A DNA stretch of 59,515 bases, counting the filler, from Perkinsus olseni (lineage: Eukaryota), in the NCBI GenBank assembly GCA_013115125.1. It is 2 parts of 2 records of this genome, joined end to end, with 100 filler letters (N's around TTAATTAATTAA, not from the genome) between each part and the next. Parts side by side here need not be neighbours in the genome. Positions count along the whole stretch, not along the records: positions 1 to 29,771 come from JABANN010000429.1; 1 more part is not named here. One strand, written 5' to 3'. This document shows positions 1 to 13,668 of the stretch, in pieces. A program made the position numbers and the translations under genes. A model generated the notes under the pieces. The model saw only the letters and a list, made by a program, of their open reading frames with translations. It ran no database searches and had not been told where the DNA came from. The number at the start of each line of letters is the position of its first letter. The stretch's first letter is position 1.

Positions 1-498
1 CTTCTGATTCGTGATTGTTACCGAGATATCGCTCTTTTTGGAAATATTCTAAGATTATTTGGAGCACTGTATACTTGTTACCTATTATCCTTGGGTATTG
101 AGTTCCCAATTACACAGCTGCTCTCCTCCAAATCGCGTATAAAGCCGACACGTTCGGCATGTATGCTTCCCTCTCTCTAAACCCTGACATCCGAAGGCCA
201 TCTACCGGGTCAGAGGAGAAGCTTGCGTGCAGAAGCAACTTCTTCTCTCCGTTCTTCTAATCTGCGCATTCTCCACCAACGCAGTCTGCGCCGTGGGCGC
301 ACTCGTAATTTAGCGGCGCAGTGACGCCGATCCTGGAAATGCGAGATCGTCTTGAATGAGGAACAGCAATGGTCGGGCCAGGCTCTCATCCCGACAGCCC
401 CTCCCCCGAACCATGAGGCTCAACGAGTCCAACTCTCCGCACTGCGAAGATTCTTCTCAAGTGAGCGAATCTTGACCACCTCCAGCTACTTTCCCTCC

Positions 499-2679
<2,181 letters not shown>

Positions 2680-2965
2680 AGGTCCCCCTTGTCAATCCTC
2701 GATTGTAACGTATCTTCAGTTCACACACGTCACGGAAGGGGAACGTTTAGCATTATTATAGTTAGCAGTGTCTCCTGATGGAGAGCATCCACACTCAAGT
2801 GCAAGAAGATGGTAGTAACCTTGGTATATACCAACGACGATATAGTCGTGGAATTCGACCTATGACTTTACGCTGCCTTTGTGCTGTCAATTCAACGACG
2901 TGGTCGGGAGGGTGGGGATTGATGATTGGTCACAGTTGAGGTCTTGAAAGTTTCACATTTTTGTA

Positions 2966-4756
2966 ATGATGCCAGCGAGGATGGAAGGAGATGATGAGGG
3001 CCCTTGCGAGTCGGTTTACGGACTTGTAGGTTGTCAATAGTACCCGTATTGTGGTTGAGTTCACGGGCAGGTTATTGAGCCTGAGGTGCCAAAACCGAAG
3101 CCACCGATGCACAAGTCTAAGTACCCAGGAACGATACCGCCTACTTCCAGCACCTTCGCAACGGCACAGACTAGCAAGCCCGGTAGGGAGGGGTCCTTTT
3201 ACGTACCACACCTCCGCCAACTTCTGTCTGGATGCAGGTATACGTAATGTTGCTGGTGCACAAGAGCGCGAGAAACCGAAGCCCAGCGAGCACACGTACG
3301 TCCTGGCGACCTGAGAGATACTGAATTTATGGTATCAGATATCACAAATCGCACGCTACTTTCGGAGTGCCCATTGGGTCGGTGAAGCCGGACCCGCAAA
3401 AGCCGTTGAAGAAGTTTGAACGGACTAGTAGGGTGGAGTCACGTAAGCGGTGAGGCGAGGGTCTGGTCACGACAAGAGAGGCAGTTACGGCGCTTCGGAA
3501 GAAGAGCCCGGAGAAGCTTAAGGCATCAGTGTCCCACACGGTCACTAAACCGCCAGTGCCGAAGCTGAATGAGAAGCCCGTTATGAATCTGGTCTCTGGT
3601 AAGGACTCGTATCTTCTCCTCTCACAGTGGTCGTCAAGTAGCTCGGTTAGAGAAAGGGCCTAGTGGTGAATAAACGCCTTGTGAGGTGATTGTGATGGAG
3701 CTGATCAAAGATCAAGAGCCATGATGCTCACAACGGCTTGTTCATTCAACATCGAAGAGGAAAATGCAACACGAAAAAATGAGGCCACTATGCCACGTGG
3801 CGGCAGCAGCAACTGGATGGGTGGCTCAATTGTTCGACCGCCGTGCTCTCCGCAATATGGCTGAGTGGCCCCATTTTCTCGTGTTGCATTTTCTGCAATT
3901 TAACCTGTTTGTTGAAGCTCAAATTGGATGGGTCGTGTCCTGCTGAAGACCCGACTGCTGTGGTACGGTTTCAGGTAAGAACTACGTTACTGCCAACGCC
4001 GTGGACAACATACTGAAGGCTCCTCCAGCCAAAGCTAAGCACTATGGGGAGCTGGACAGGGATTACCTAAGGAAGGCTGATTATGGTAGCATCCCGTCAT
4101 CGTCGTGCCGTGGCCCGACTCATGATCGTGCAGGGAAAATCCCCGCGTATTTGGAGAAGATCAAGGCCGACATCAGATCCGAGTAAGCTCATCGTTATTT
4201 GTTGACCTGGGCTTCAACCATGGTTCGCGCTTCGCCGCTGCTAACGGTATTGTCGGCTGCTAATTCAACGAGAGGCGCCTTTTGCAGGTTTTTGGGAGTG
4301 CTGTCCTATCAATGCAGGTACGATTATATACGCAAGTTGCAGGACCAGCAGAAGAAGGAAGAGCAGGGCAGGGTGATTTGTGGAAGTTAGGCAGGCCTGT
4401 TTGCAGCGGTACTCTCAGATACGACCGCTGCCGGAGGAAGAGAGGCTTGAGCTCATTGAAGCACTGAAGAAGAAGTGGGAGAAGGTTAATGCTGACTATC
4501 AGGTGAACTATCGGCGACGCGTCCCCGTGCGTGATTATGGCGGGGTGTGGTATTAGTGCATGACGCATCTAACAAAGCTGGATACAATTGGTAAGACGAA
4601 GCGCAAGGAGAGTTTCGAAGCGCAGCTTGCGGCTATTGAAAGCGATATTGCCAAGTTGAATCGGAGGTGAGGACATGTCGGTCGGGTCCGAGTGTGGAAT
4701 GAAATCACGGCAAAGAGAAGGCTCCTAGGAAATCTCAATATTCAGGCGAGTACTGA
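2966..4756 (+). CDS. ENKUR: Enkurin-family flagellar protein (multi-exon)
   Basis: Exons encode PKPPMHKSK.., KNYVTANAVDNIL, DYLRKADYGKIPAYLEKIK, LPEEERLELIEALKKKWEKVNADYQ and LDTIGKTKRKESFEAQLAAIESDIAKL, the enkurin C-terminal domain pattern; start (2966 or 2981) and last exon uncertain. Confidence 0.85.
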
Positions 4757-6410
4757 TCGACACTACAATATAGGAAGCTGCTGCTGTAGTGTAATCGGGA
4801 GTATGATGATGGTTGTGGGCGATGCACGAGCTGTTGTGGCGCACTTGATAGGATGATGCAGTGTTGATGTTTCAAGTTGCGGAACAGAAATAGGAAAATA
4901 GTCGTCAATGAAACTAGAGTCAACAAACCCCGTCATTGCCGCAATGGCTGAGGACAATCCAATTTTCGCAATGCAGCATCAGCTTCGGACGGTTAGAACT
5001 GCAAGGGGCAGGGTCGCGGCCGGCGATGGCTCCTCTCTGGACTGGGTCGACGGGGATTATGTGCTCCACCTCGGCATGTTCGTTGCTGAGTCAGTGACAC
5101 TGCCTTGATAGCCACGCCAACTGAAACCTCTAACTACGGGGACTGGGAGTCGGGGCGGTGGCCACGACGGACCTGCAGGCGGTGAGGCTGACAAGGAGCT
5201 ACGTCGAATGCCCTTCCTGTGGCCTTGCGCCAACAGTTCCTGCGTTTGGCTGCGCACAGCGGGTACACACCCCCTACGCGTGTAGCGGCCAGCCCAGCGA
5301 GGACCTACACCCGTATATTGGGGCAGGTCCAGGCTCACCCGTAGTCTCGGTTAGTGGGTAGGGACCCTACCGTAGGGTGGGATTGATCGGCTCACGCAAA
5401 GGCTGCAGAGCCGCTCAGATTGGGATACTAGAAGGAAAGAGAGGGGACTAGGGGCTAGTCACGTCGTCCTCTATGGCGAGGCGCAGACCAGCCACCGGGA
5501 GTCCTGCGGCTATGACCGCATTATCTTCAAGACAAATTGATCGACTCGCGCAGAGGCTGCAGGGTCGATCAAATCGTTACCGAAAAAACATGAAGACAAA
5601 CTGACAGACGAAAGGTGGCTCGGGTTCACGCGTCTAGCAGAACCGCCTCCCTTTCGTCGAGGAAGATATACCACGGTAGTACCGCGACAGTATTAGAATA
5701 TTACACCCAGACAACGATCAGTATTACGAGAAGGTAAATCCGACCTGGCTAGCGCTCTAGCCAATGCTGCTAGCACACAAATATTGGCCCCTTTCGCGCC
5801 GGTTTCACCGTCGATAAAACCCTGCGGGATTTACCTCAGTACGAAAGCCAACACAACCGCGCACAAGAGTACTGCAATGGGTCGACACTTGCGGCTAGCT
5901 GAGACCGATAGAGTTGTGTGTCGAACACACTATAGGGGATGGGCAAGATGAGGTAACGACTCGAGCGGCTCGAACTGTGCCTCCGAGCACACGCGCCTTC
6001 CAAGTCAACTGATTGACTGATCGCAAGCAGTTCGTTCCACAGAAAGACCTGACTTAGTACTGCCTTCTTGCCTCCTCGTGAAGCGAGTAACACAAAAACC
6101 AGAGATCAGCGCGGCTAATCTCAATGATAAATCACCAGAAGATTCACGTTAATGAATGACCATTATGGCATTAAGAGTGGCAGCCCACACGACAAAATTC
6201 CTGCCGCTGTACAGCAACGGCATTCACTGCAACCAGACCGCGCGAAACCAATCTGACAGATTCGCTCGCCAGGGGAGACTCCTCACAGATCGAGCGCCGT
6301 ACTCTTCCATCTCAGAATCACTAGATCAGAGAGCTCCAGTGTAGCGGGTGGGGCCGATCCATCCGCGGGAACATATACTCAGGATACCCAATCGAGCCCT
6401 ATGGGGGCAA

Positions 6411-6560
6411 CACTCACTGGCTCTCCCCCAGCCGAACCTCTTCGCTTCTGCCACGGCAATGCCTCGCCTCTCGATGGTCGCCATATTCCTCCTGCACTGT
6501 CTGCTCTTCTACAAGGGGTATGCTGCCGTGGGCAGTAGTAATGAAGATGAGAGTCCGGTG
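6411..6560 (+). repeat. Conserved leader plus signal-peptide cassette, repeated at ~8958-9110 and ~13620-13772 and partially at 11374-11465
   Basis: ACACTCACTGG..cag|CCGAACCTCTTCGCTTCTGCCACGGCA-ATG (27-nt leader identical in 3 copies) and TTCTACAAGGGGTATGCTGCCGTGGGC identical in 4 copies. Confidence 0.9.
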
Positions 6561-8064
6561 AGGATATGGTTGAGCAAGATGATCGACGGCTTCAGGCGCT
6601 TCGCTAGAACGGGAAAACTGGAAGTAAGAGCAACGGACATCAACCACCCGCTTCAATCTTCAGCCTTCAACAGTATTCTACTTCGGCCTCTCTGCCAGCT
6701 TCATAGCATATTGGTAGCAGTGGCAATAGCTCTGAGTCGATATCGGGAAGAATAACCATTATGAAGTAGACCGAATCAATAGGCTGAGCTTAAAACGCTG
6801 TCTTGATGCACTGTAAATAGTTAGAGGCAACGGCGGCTTCGCGGCCGTGTACGAGTAGCTTGTCAGGAAAAAAGTCGGAGGCACAAGATTGAGACTTTCC
6901 ATCAGTCAGGAGTGAAGGTATGTTATTTTACGTACGGAAATACCTGAGGACAGTCATTCACCCATTCAGTATCAATTAGGTGAGGACGTCATCACCCTCG
7001 TGGGGAAGGGAAACATGATATACTCAACTCTGACAGACTTTGCTCGCCTCGAGCGTGTTGCCGAGTAGAAGCTGTCCTTAGCCCATCCTTGCGTGCGCAC
7101 TGTTCTGTATTTGCCAGGACGGGCAGTGGACAGAGAGTCCTCCACTATACAGCTATCGTTGATGATGGGGTAATGGACCCTTTTATGTTGGATGAGAGGA
7201 CAACGAGGTTGCTTACTGAGCCCAGAACAAGTGCCAAGCGACAGAAAGGTGGACGCAGACGTTCGACCACCGGGAGGAAGCACCTCCTGGAGAGGATATC
7301 CGAGCAGCTCGACGACGATTACGAAGTCTTAAAGAAGAGTCGTCATGTCTGCAAAGTCACCTCGGCTCGGATGCCCAGGACGCCACATTTAGATTTCCTA
7401 CAGTACCTCAAGTAGCGCTTGGAACGATCTGCCAGGCAGCGAGTAGACTGTTTATCCTCACTTCTTAGGCGGGTTTGGAATCTACGTTAACTATGACTAT
7501 GGAAGATCCGGAAGAAGGTTTCAGAGTCAGCTCCTTGACGGCAGAGCTCAGAAGCGAGCACTTCACGTGAGTTAGGCCCTTGATTAAACGGAAAAAATAC
7601 TGTGGCGTTTGCATCCGTGTAGACAGCATGAGTGTTCTACAGTATCTGTGCTGCCCGTTCGTGTAACACGAGCAAATCCCAAGACGGAGCGGTTAGTGAC
7701 CCTCTCGAGTGGTGGATTCGCTTGCCTTTTCAGAGATGTCCGATTCGCTTTCGACCGCCCTAAGCTGCAGGAGATGCACTCAAACGTGGGAGTTGCCGCA
7801 GTACACCCCTCGTCGAGGAAATTAGGCCGAGAAAAACTGAAGGAAATTTGCGAGGAACAGTTGGAGTTGTTCGCAAGATACGTCGCGCCTTCGTATGGTG
7901 TCGTTTTCGATGCTCTCCCAAGGACCCTGTATCCTGAGCTCGTTCTGAGGTGGCTGGCGGAGGGCTCATTCGTTCACTTGGGACAACCCGGATTCGAAGA
8001 CATTCTGTATGAGAATGCTGTTAGTCTGCGTCAGTTTGATGTGACGGAACGCAGAGGCAACTGA
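6459..8064 (+). CDS. Unknown secreted protein family, paralog 1 (multi-exon)
   Basis: Signal-peptide-like MPRLSMVAIFLLHCLLFYKGYA; family motifs YQLGE..LTDF, YTAIVDD, LKKSRHVC, SSLTAELR, KLQEMHS, ICEEQLELFA and LYPELVLRWL..GSFV, with intron positions shared by 3 neighbouring copies. Confidence 0.75.
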
Positions 8065-9005
8065 GGCTAGTGACGATGATGACGTGTGCGGAACGCGTTC
8101 CTTGTGCCAGTATTTCTTGCTCGGCTCACGATCATCCCAGTATTTGTGTATTAATAAGGTAAGAAATCGTACATGATGTTGATGTTGCCGACAGGCTTCA
8201 TAAGTTCGCGTCTGCCGTTGATGTATTGAGTCGTGGACGATGTTGTGTTGCCCAGGATCGGTCAGCAGGGAGACGGGCGCTGCAGGCGGCTGACGCCGAC
8301 CGAATACTTTCGTCGGCACTCTATGCTTGGGTCATTTGGCGGCGCGGAAGTCACCTAGGTCCAAGATTCTCGGCAACATTCTCCACGGCGTGGCGCGGCA
8401 GATTCAGCGATACTTAACTTTGAACTCTACCGATCAGCGCCGAGACAGCCGAATGAGCCTCTTCTGTAGCGGCTCGAATAATGATAGTCATTCTCACAAT
8501 GACTAGCCGAGCACCCACCAAGGCCGTCAGAGTTCGGACAGATGCACGGTCGTATCAGCATGCTTTCCGCGAGGCGCTGCGCTCCCGTTGATGGCGAAAT
8601 AGGGTGGCCATGAATCATGGCTCATGATCATCATGGCATGATGGCACCACGTTGAGGATGTGTACGAGCTGATGATTGGCACCGTGTGTGAGCTGAACAC
8701 TTTCCGAATGGATATCGTCCGAATCGGTCTACCCGCCACGGCTCATTCTCGCAACCAATTCTTTTTCACAATCCGGCCCAGCCCTGGACGTCTCGCCGTT
8801 GTTGCACGGCGGTTGAAGGAAGTGTTGTCGTACCGTATCATTCCCGCACGATAGAAGCTTGGCATTTGGGAAACGCCACTCATCGTGCGGTCAACATTTC
8901 CATTCCTTAGGCCGTAGACGTACACTCGAGCTACCCAATTAAGCTGCGAGAAGTCCACACTCACTGGCCTGTCATCAGCCGAACCTCTTCGCTTCTGCCA
9001 CGGCA

Positions 9006-10502
9006 ATGCCTCGCCTCTCGATCGTCATCATATTCCTTCTACACCGTCCGCTCTTCTACAAGGGGTATGCTGCCGTGGGCAGTAGTAATGAAGATAAGAG
9101 TCTGGTGAGGAGACGGCTAACCAACATGATCAAGCGCTTCAAGGGGCTCACTGGAAGACGGAAACCCCGCGTACGTGCAGCTCAACTCGGGCGGCCCCTC
9201 GGCATACCATCGCCCAGGCTAGCTTGATGCCAGCCGGAAATGTCGTTCAACGGTCTGACTCTGAAACTCAGAATCGATTCCAGAACCGCATTTTACGAGT
9301 GAGCAATGCGGCTGCAGTGTACTGAGTGTCAACAGCGACTTCCCGTTTGCGGGAAAATAACCTCGTAGGCTAATATTCCACCTTTCAGGGAACACGAGGG
9401 AAGCGCCATATGAAGAACTAATACTTGCTAGGAGCGCAAGTCAGTGTTTGCACCTCGACCTTACGAACACAAAGCTGGAGCTCCCTTTTCAGTATCAGCT
9501 CGGAGAGACCATAGTTACCATTAAAAAAGATGGGAATCTGACGGAAGTTCCACTTCTCACCGACTTTACTCGTCTAAATTCAATACCAGCGTACGGGGCA
9601 TTATATGCGAGCTTAGGTGTCCGTATGTCTGTGCATATCTCAGGGGCGATGGACACTCGACGCCTCGATATAGAGCAATCGTCGATGGCGAAGTTATTCA
9701 CCAATTCCTGCGAAGTACATCGACAACACAGCTCAACATGAGAGGGGCTTCTTTTGATGGAGATCGAGAAGCCGATGCTGTCGAGCGTTTCAGTCTGAAG
9801 AAGCGCTTGAAGCAGCATCTCCTGGAGACGTTATCTGACCAGCTTGACAAGGAATATGAAATGTTGAAGAAGACTCGGCATGTTTGTCTAATCACTTCAA
9901 GCAGATTTCTTCGGCAAGGCACACTTCTTCAAACCGGAGTGAGGCTCTGATGACAGTCTTCGTCACGGAGACTCTCATCAGAGCGAATCTTGCATCGGCC
10001 TTTCAGGTGGAAGCTTTCTTTGAGGTCGAGCTCACTAGTCCAAGCTTCGACGAGAGATTCAAGCTTAGCTTTCTGAAGGCAGAGTTCAGAGGAGGCAACT
10101 TCACGTGAGCCACGCGACCAAAGAAATCGCTAAAAACCTTCGAAGGCACGGGCCAGCGTTCCATCTCTCAGAGATTTCTCCTTCGACAATCGCAAATTAG
10201 AGAAGATGCATTCAAAAGCGGAATACGTTCCATTTCCCACACGTCCGCTACCACTACGGCCACAGGCATATCTCAAGCTCGCTTGCTACAAACAGTTCAA
10301 GCTCTTCGCACGCTATACCGCTAAACGACAGAAAAACTACCGTCGTAAGACCGGTCGTCTATATGCCGAGCTTGTTGTGCGGCAGCTGACAGACGGGTCC
10401 TTCGTCTACTCCGAAGCACCCGCATTCGCAGACCTCTTGTTTGGGGATGAGCTCAGTTCGCATGAGAGCTCATACGACGAGAGGTTACGCCAGGGCGAGT
10501 AA
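9006..10502 (+). CDS. Unknown secreted protein family, paralog 2 (multi-exon)
   Basis: MPRLSIVIIFLLHRPLFYKGYAAVGSSNEDKS; YQLGE..LTDF, LKKTRHVC, LSFLKAEFRGGNF, KLEKMHS, CYKQFKLFA, LYAELVVRQLTDGSFVY. Confidence 0.72.
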
Positions 10503-11373
10503 GGACAGTGACAGCAAATAGTTCTTCGGTCCTCGCTGTGGAACCCTCGACGACGCGAGCGAATCGAACGACTAACGAGTTAAAAAGGTGGGTTGCTTTG
10601 CTCGATTCACCGATCAGTTTAAGCATGTTCGATGTTGTGAAGAGAAGCGACTTTCGTGGCTCTTGTTTATGTAGTTGGTGCTGAGCTCTGTCGCGTTACG
10701 CAGTTTGAGGGCTGGGGCTGGGGAGAGGGAATGTAGGCCCGACAATTTTGATCGGTTTGCCATACTCGCCGTTCGACTGGGCGAAGCCATGACTGTGAGG
10801 TGTCCTTTTTCCGAAGTCATTCTACTAAGCGCAAGACTCGTGAAAACCTGAGAGGGAATTCGGAGGCTCGAAGATCCTTTCCAAGCTGCATCTGGGACAT
10901 CCTCGCTTTTATGCTCTTCGTCCTGGAGTTCTTAGGAGGGCCCCCGGGTAGTAGTCCCCAGGACTACTACCGTACTACTACCGTAGTACGCAATGTTCCC
11001 GGAATAGAACATTCCTGAAATACTTGGGGAAGCAGAACATTCCTGAAGGTTGCTGAAATAGCAGAAATGACTTGGGGAAGATGTTGAGCATCATCCAACG
11101 GTTGCTTCACGGCATTGCAATACAATTCTGCTGCAGCGAAAGCACGATGATGATGAAGTACAAGTCGAGGAGTGTTGTTCCTCGACGTGAGCAGGAGATG
11201 GATACCACCAGCCAGCCCATCAGCAGCAGCCCGGCCCATCCAATGGCGTCTCGCCTTTTTCGTGCACTGATGGAGGGATTCCGCATGGTTACCGCACGAG
11301 ACTATGCAAGAAAACACAACTTTTCGAGCTGCCACTTTCTTCCATCAGAGGGAGGAACTCTACTCCCGTAAAC

Positions 11374-12832
11374 GTCATCATAATCCTCCTGCACTGTCTA
11401 CTTTTCTACAAGGGGTATGCTGCCGTGGGCAGTAGTGATGAAGACGAGAGTCTGGTGAGGAGATGGTTAACCGGCATGATCAACAGCCTTGGGAGCTCCG
11501 GTGGTATTCGGATACCCCAGGTAAATGCTTGACGCCCCCTACTGTTAACTGCCGTCACTTGAAGCGCTTACCTGGGGCGTTGCATATCTTTTTACATGTC
11601 CGTGTTCACGGAAAACCAACTGGACTGAGAGGATACGATGATCAGATAAGCTTATGATTCTTCCTTCAGGAAACACGAACAAGTCACCAATTGAAGAACA
11701 TATACCTGCCCGGGGTCCAGGTGAGTTACCCTGATCGCACCCCTCAGGCATTATGAACTCAAAGCTAGAGCTTCCTTCTTCAGTATCAGCTCGGGGAGGA
11801 GATAGTCATCGTCGAGGATAACGGGCAGCTGAAGACCATCTCAATTTTGACCGACTTCGCCCGGATCGAATCCATATACGAGTAGGAGCAAATTGCTCCG
11901 AGCAATCCCAGGCGCAATCGTCATATCTCGTACTCTCCTCGTGCCTCAGGAGCGACGGATCGGAATCCCTCCGTTATACAGCGATTTCAGACGAGGACGT
12001 TATGCGCCTTCTCTCGGCAAATCGTGTGACAACTGACTTCAATTTGACAGCGACCTCTGACCCCGATCAGAAAGGCGATGCTTCCAAGCCTCCAAAATTG
12101 AGGAAAAGCTTGAAAGAGCATCTCACGGAGGGAATATACGAACAGATCAAAAGAGATTACGAATCTGTGAAGAAAAGTCGACATGTCTGTCGAGTCACTT
12201 CTACTCGAGCGCCCTACCTTTCACTGACAGCGTACAGCACACCGCAAGTACTGCGCGATCGGAATACGCTCCCTCTCGAATTTTGCAGCCAAGAGCAGCA
12301 GCTTGGTTGCACTGGAGATCTCGTCCGTTTTCAGATAGAGGTTGTATCTGAATTAACTCTCACTATGAGGAACTTAGAGGAAGGTTTCAGACTGAGTTCC
12401 CTCAAGGCCGAGCTCAGATCAGGGAACATCAGGTAGGTCGTGCGCGCCGTTGAAATGAAGTATCTTTGCTTAGCTTTGTATGTAGACGGCCCTGTTCAGA
12501 ATCTTCTTCACCCTCCGATGTTGTGTTCTTTCAGAGACTTCCACTTCTATTTCGACAGTCGCAAGCTTCGGGACATGCATGCGCATGCGGGAGTTGGCCC
12601 GGTTGAACCCTCGGATTTTCATACGCTGTGTGTCGAGCAATTGAAACTATTCGCGAAACACGTCGCCCTTCGGCGTGGTATCAATTTCAATACTTTCCGC
12701 AAAGAGCTTTATGCTGAGCTTGTGCTCGTGTGGTTGACGGAGAGGTCCTTCGTTTACCCCCGAAACCCAAGATTCGCGAATGACTTGACGGCGCCTCACG
12801 TGGCGGGTATGAAAGTGAGGGCGAAAGATTGA
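11374..12832 (+). pseudogene. Unknown secreted protein family, paralog 3; start codon and leader cassette missing
   Basis: VIIILLHCLLFYKGYAAVGSSDEDES begins abruptly at ~11374, with no in-frame ATG back to the upstream TGA at ~11188; downstream exons look intact (VKKSRHVC, LSSLKAELRSGNI, CVEQLKLFA, LYAELVLVWL). Confidence 0.6.
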
Positions 12833-13034
12833 GGAAGACCACCGGGAGTGGAAACTTCTTACAGTTCCTGTTTGGAGCCTTGACTCAGTTAGGAATTTTG
12901 TATGGATGTTTTTGACGAATTTGCTGATGTACTCAGTTCGAGCGGTTGTTGAGTTGACTAGTCTCCATCAGCAGGAGCCACCTAAGGCTGTCATTATTCA
13001 CGCAGCATTCACGGAGCGCGGTGAGGGTCCGGAT

Positions 13035-13128
13035 GCGCTAGCTGGCAGTGGTGATGAAGCGATGAGAAGGAGATGGTTTAGCGGTGCAATCAACGGCTCG
13101 AAGGGGTATATTGAAGCAGGCAGCCGAG
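13035..13128 (+). pseudogene. Degenerate exon-1 relic of the same secreted family
   Basis: ALAGSGDEAMRRRWFSGAINGSKG resembles AVGSSDEDESLVRRWLTGMINSLG of paralog 3; no further exons recognisable. Confidence 0.4.
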
Positions 13129-13668
13129 TCCTGCCTGCACGCTCGGAATCTCGGGTGATGACACGATATTCAGGAAGTACGACGGCACGTGCGTCGTACT
13201 TTTTTGCGCTTCTGTCCGCCATGAACTGTTCATGATAAACACAAGTACACGAGTAGCCAGCGGGTACGCAAAACACAGTCCATATCACATGAGTAACTTA
13301 CTCTCGATTTACAGCCAACCGACCAGTACTCGTGCTCTGGGGCCCATCGCGCTCCGGAGTCGGCCTGGCAGCGGTATCGTCCAGCAGTACCTGTCAGTCA
13401 TGTAGATCACACAATCAAGTACTGCCTAAGTGGCCTCCCGCCGCACCCCTACCTGGTGCCGCCTTCACTGCAAGCTCACTGGAGGTACTGCATCTTTCTC
13501 CGTCGATTTGTGCGCTACTTATCGTGCGGCGAACGATTCCACCGTCTCCTCAGCCGAGCGGGAGGCCCTCACCGGGGTCCGCGTGCACTCGAGCCACGAG
13601 CCGATATCTACAAGAGCGACACTCACTGGCTCTCCCCCCAGCCGAACCTCTTCGCTTCTGCCACGGCA

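Noticed and set aside
352-498. N-terminal extension of gmd in the ORF track
   Set aside because: Starts at TTG; the ORF caller uses bacterial alternative starts, and the first ATG is at 499
4746-4893. Possible GC-AG terminal intron in enkurin (cag|GCGAGT)
   Set aside because: The frame already terminates at TGA 4754-4756; no evidence requires the intron
9100-9130. RRRL after the signal peptide as a PEXEL/RxLR host-targeting motif
   Set aside because: Does not fit RxLxE/Q/D or RxLR and is not conserved in the other paralogs
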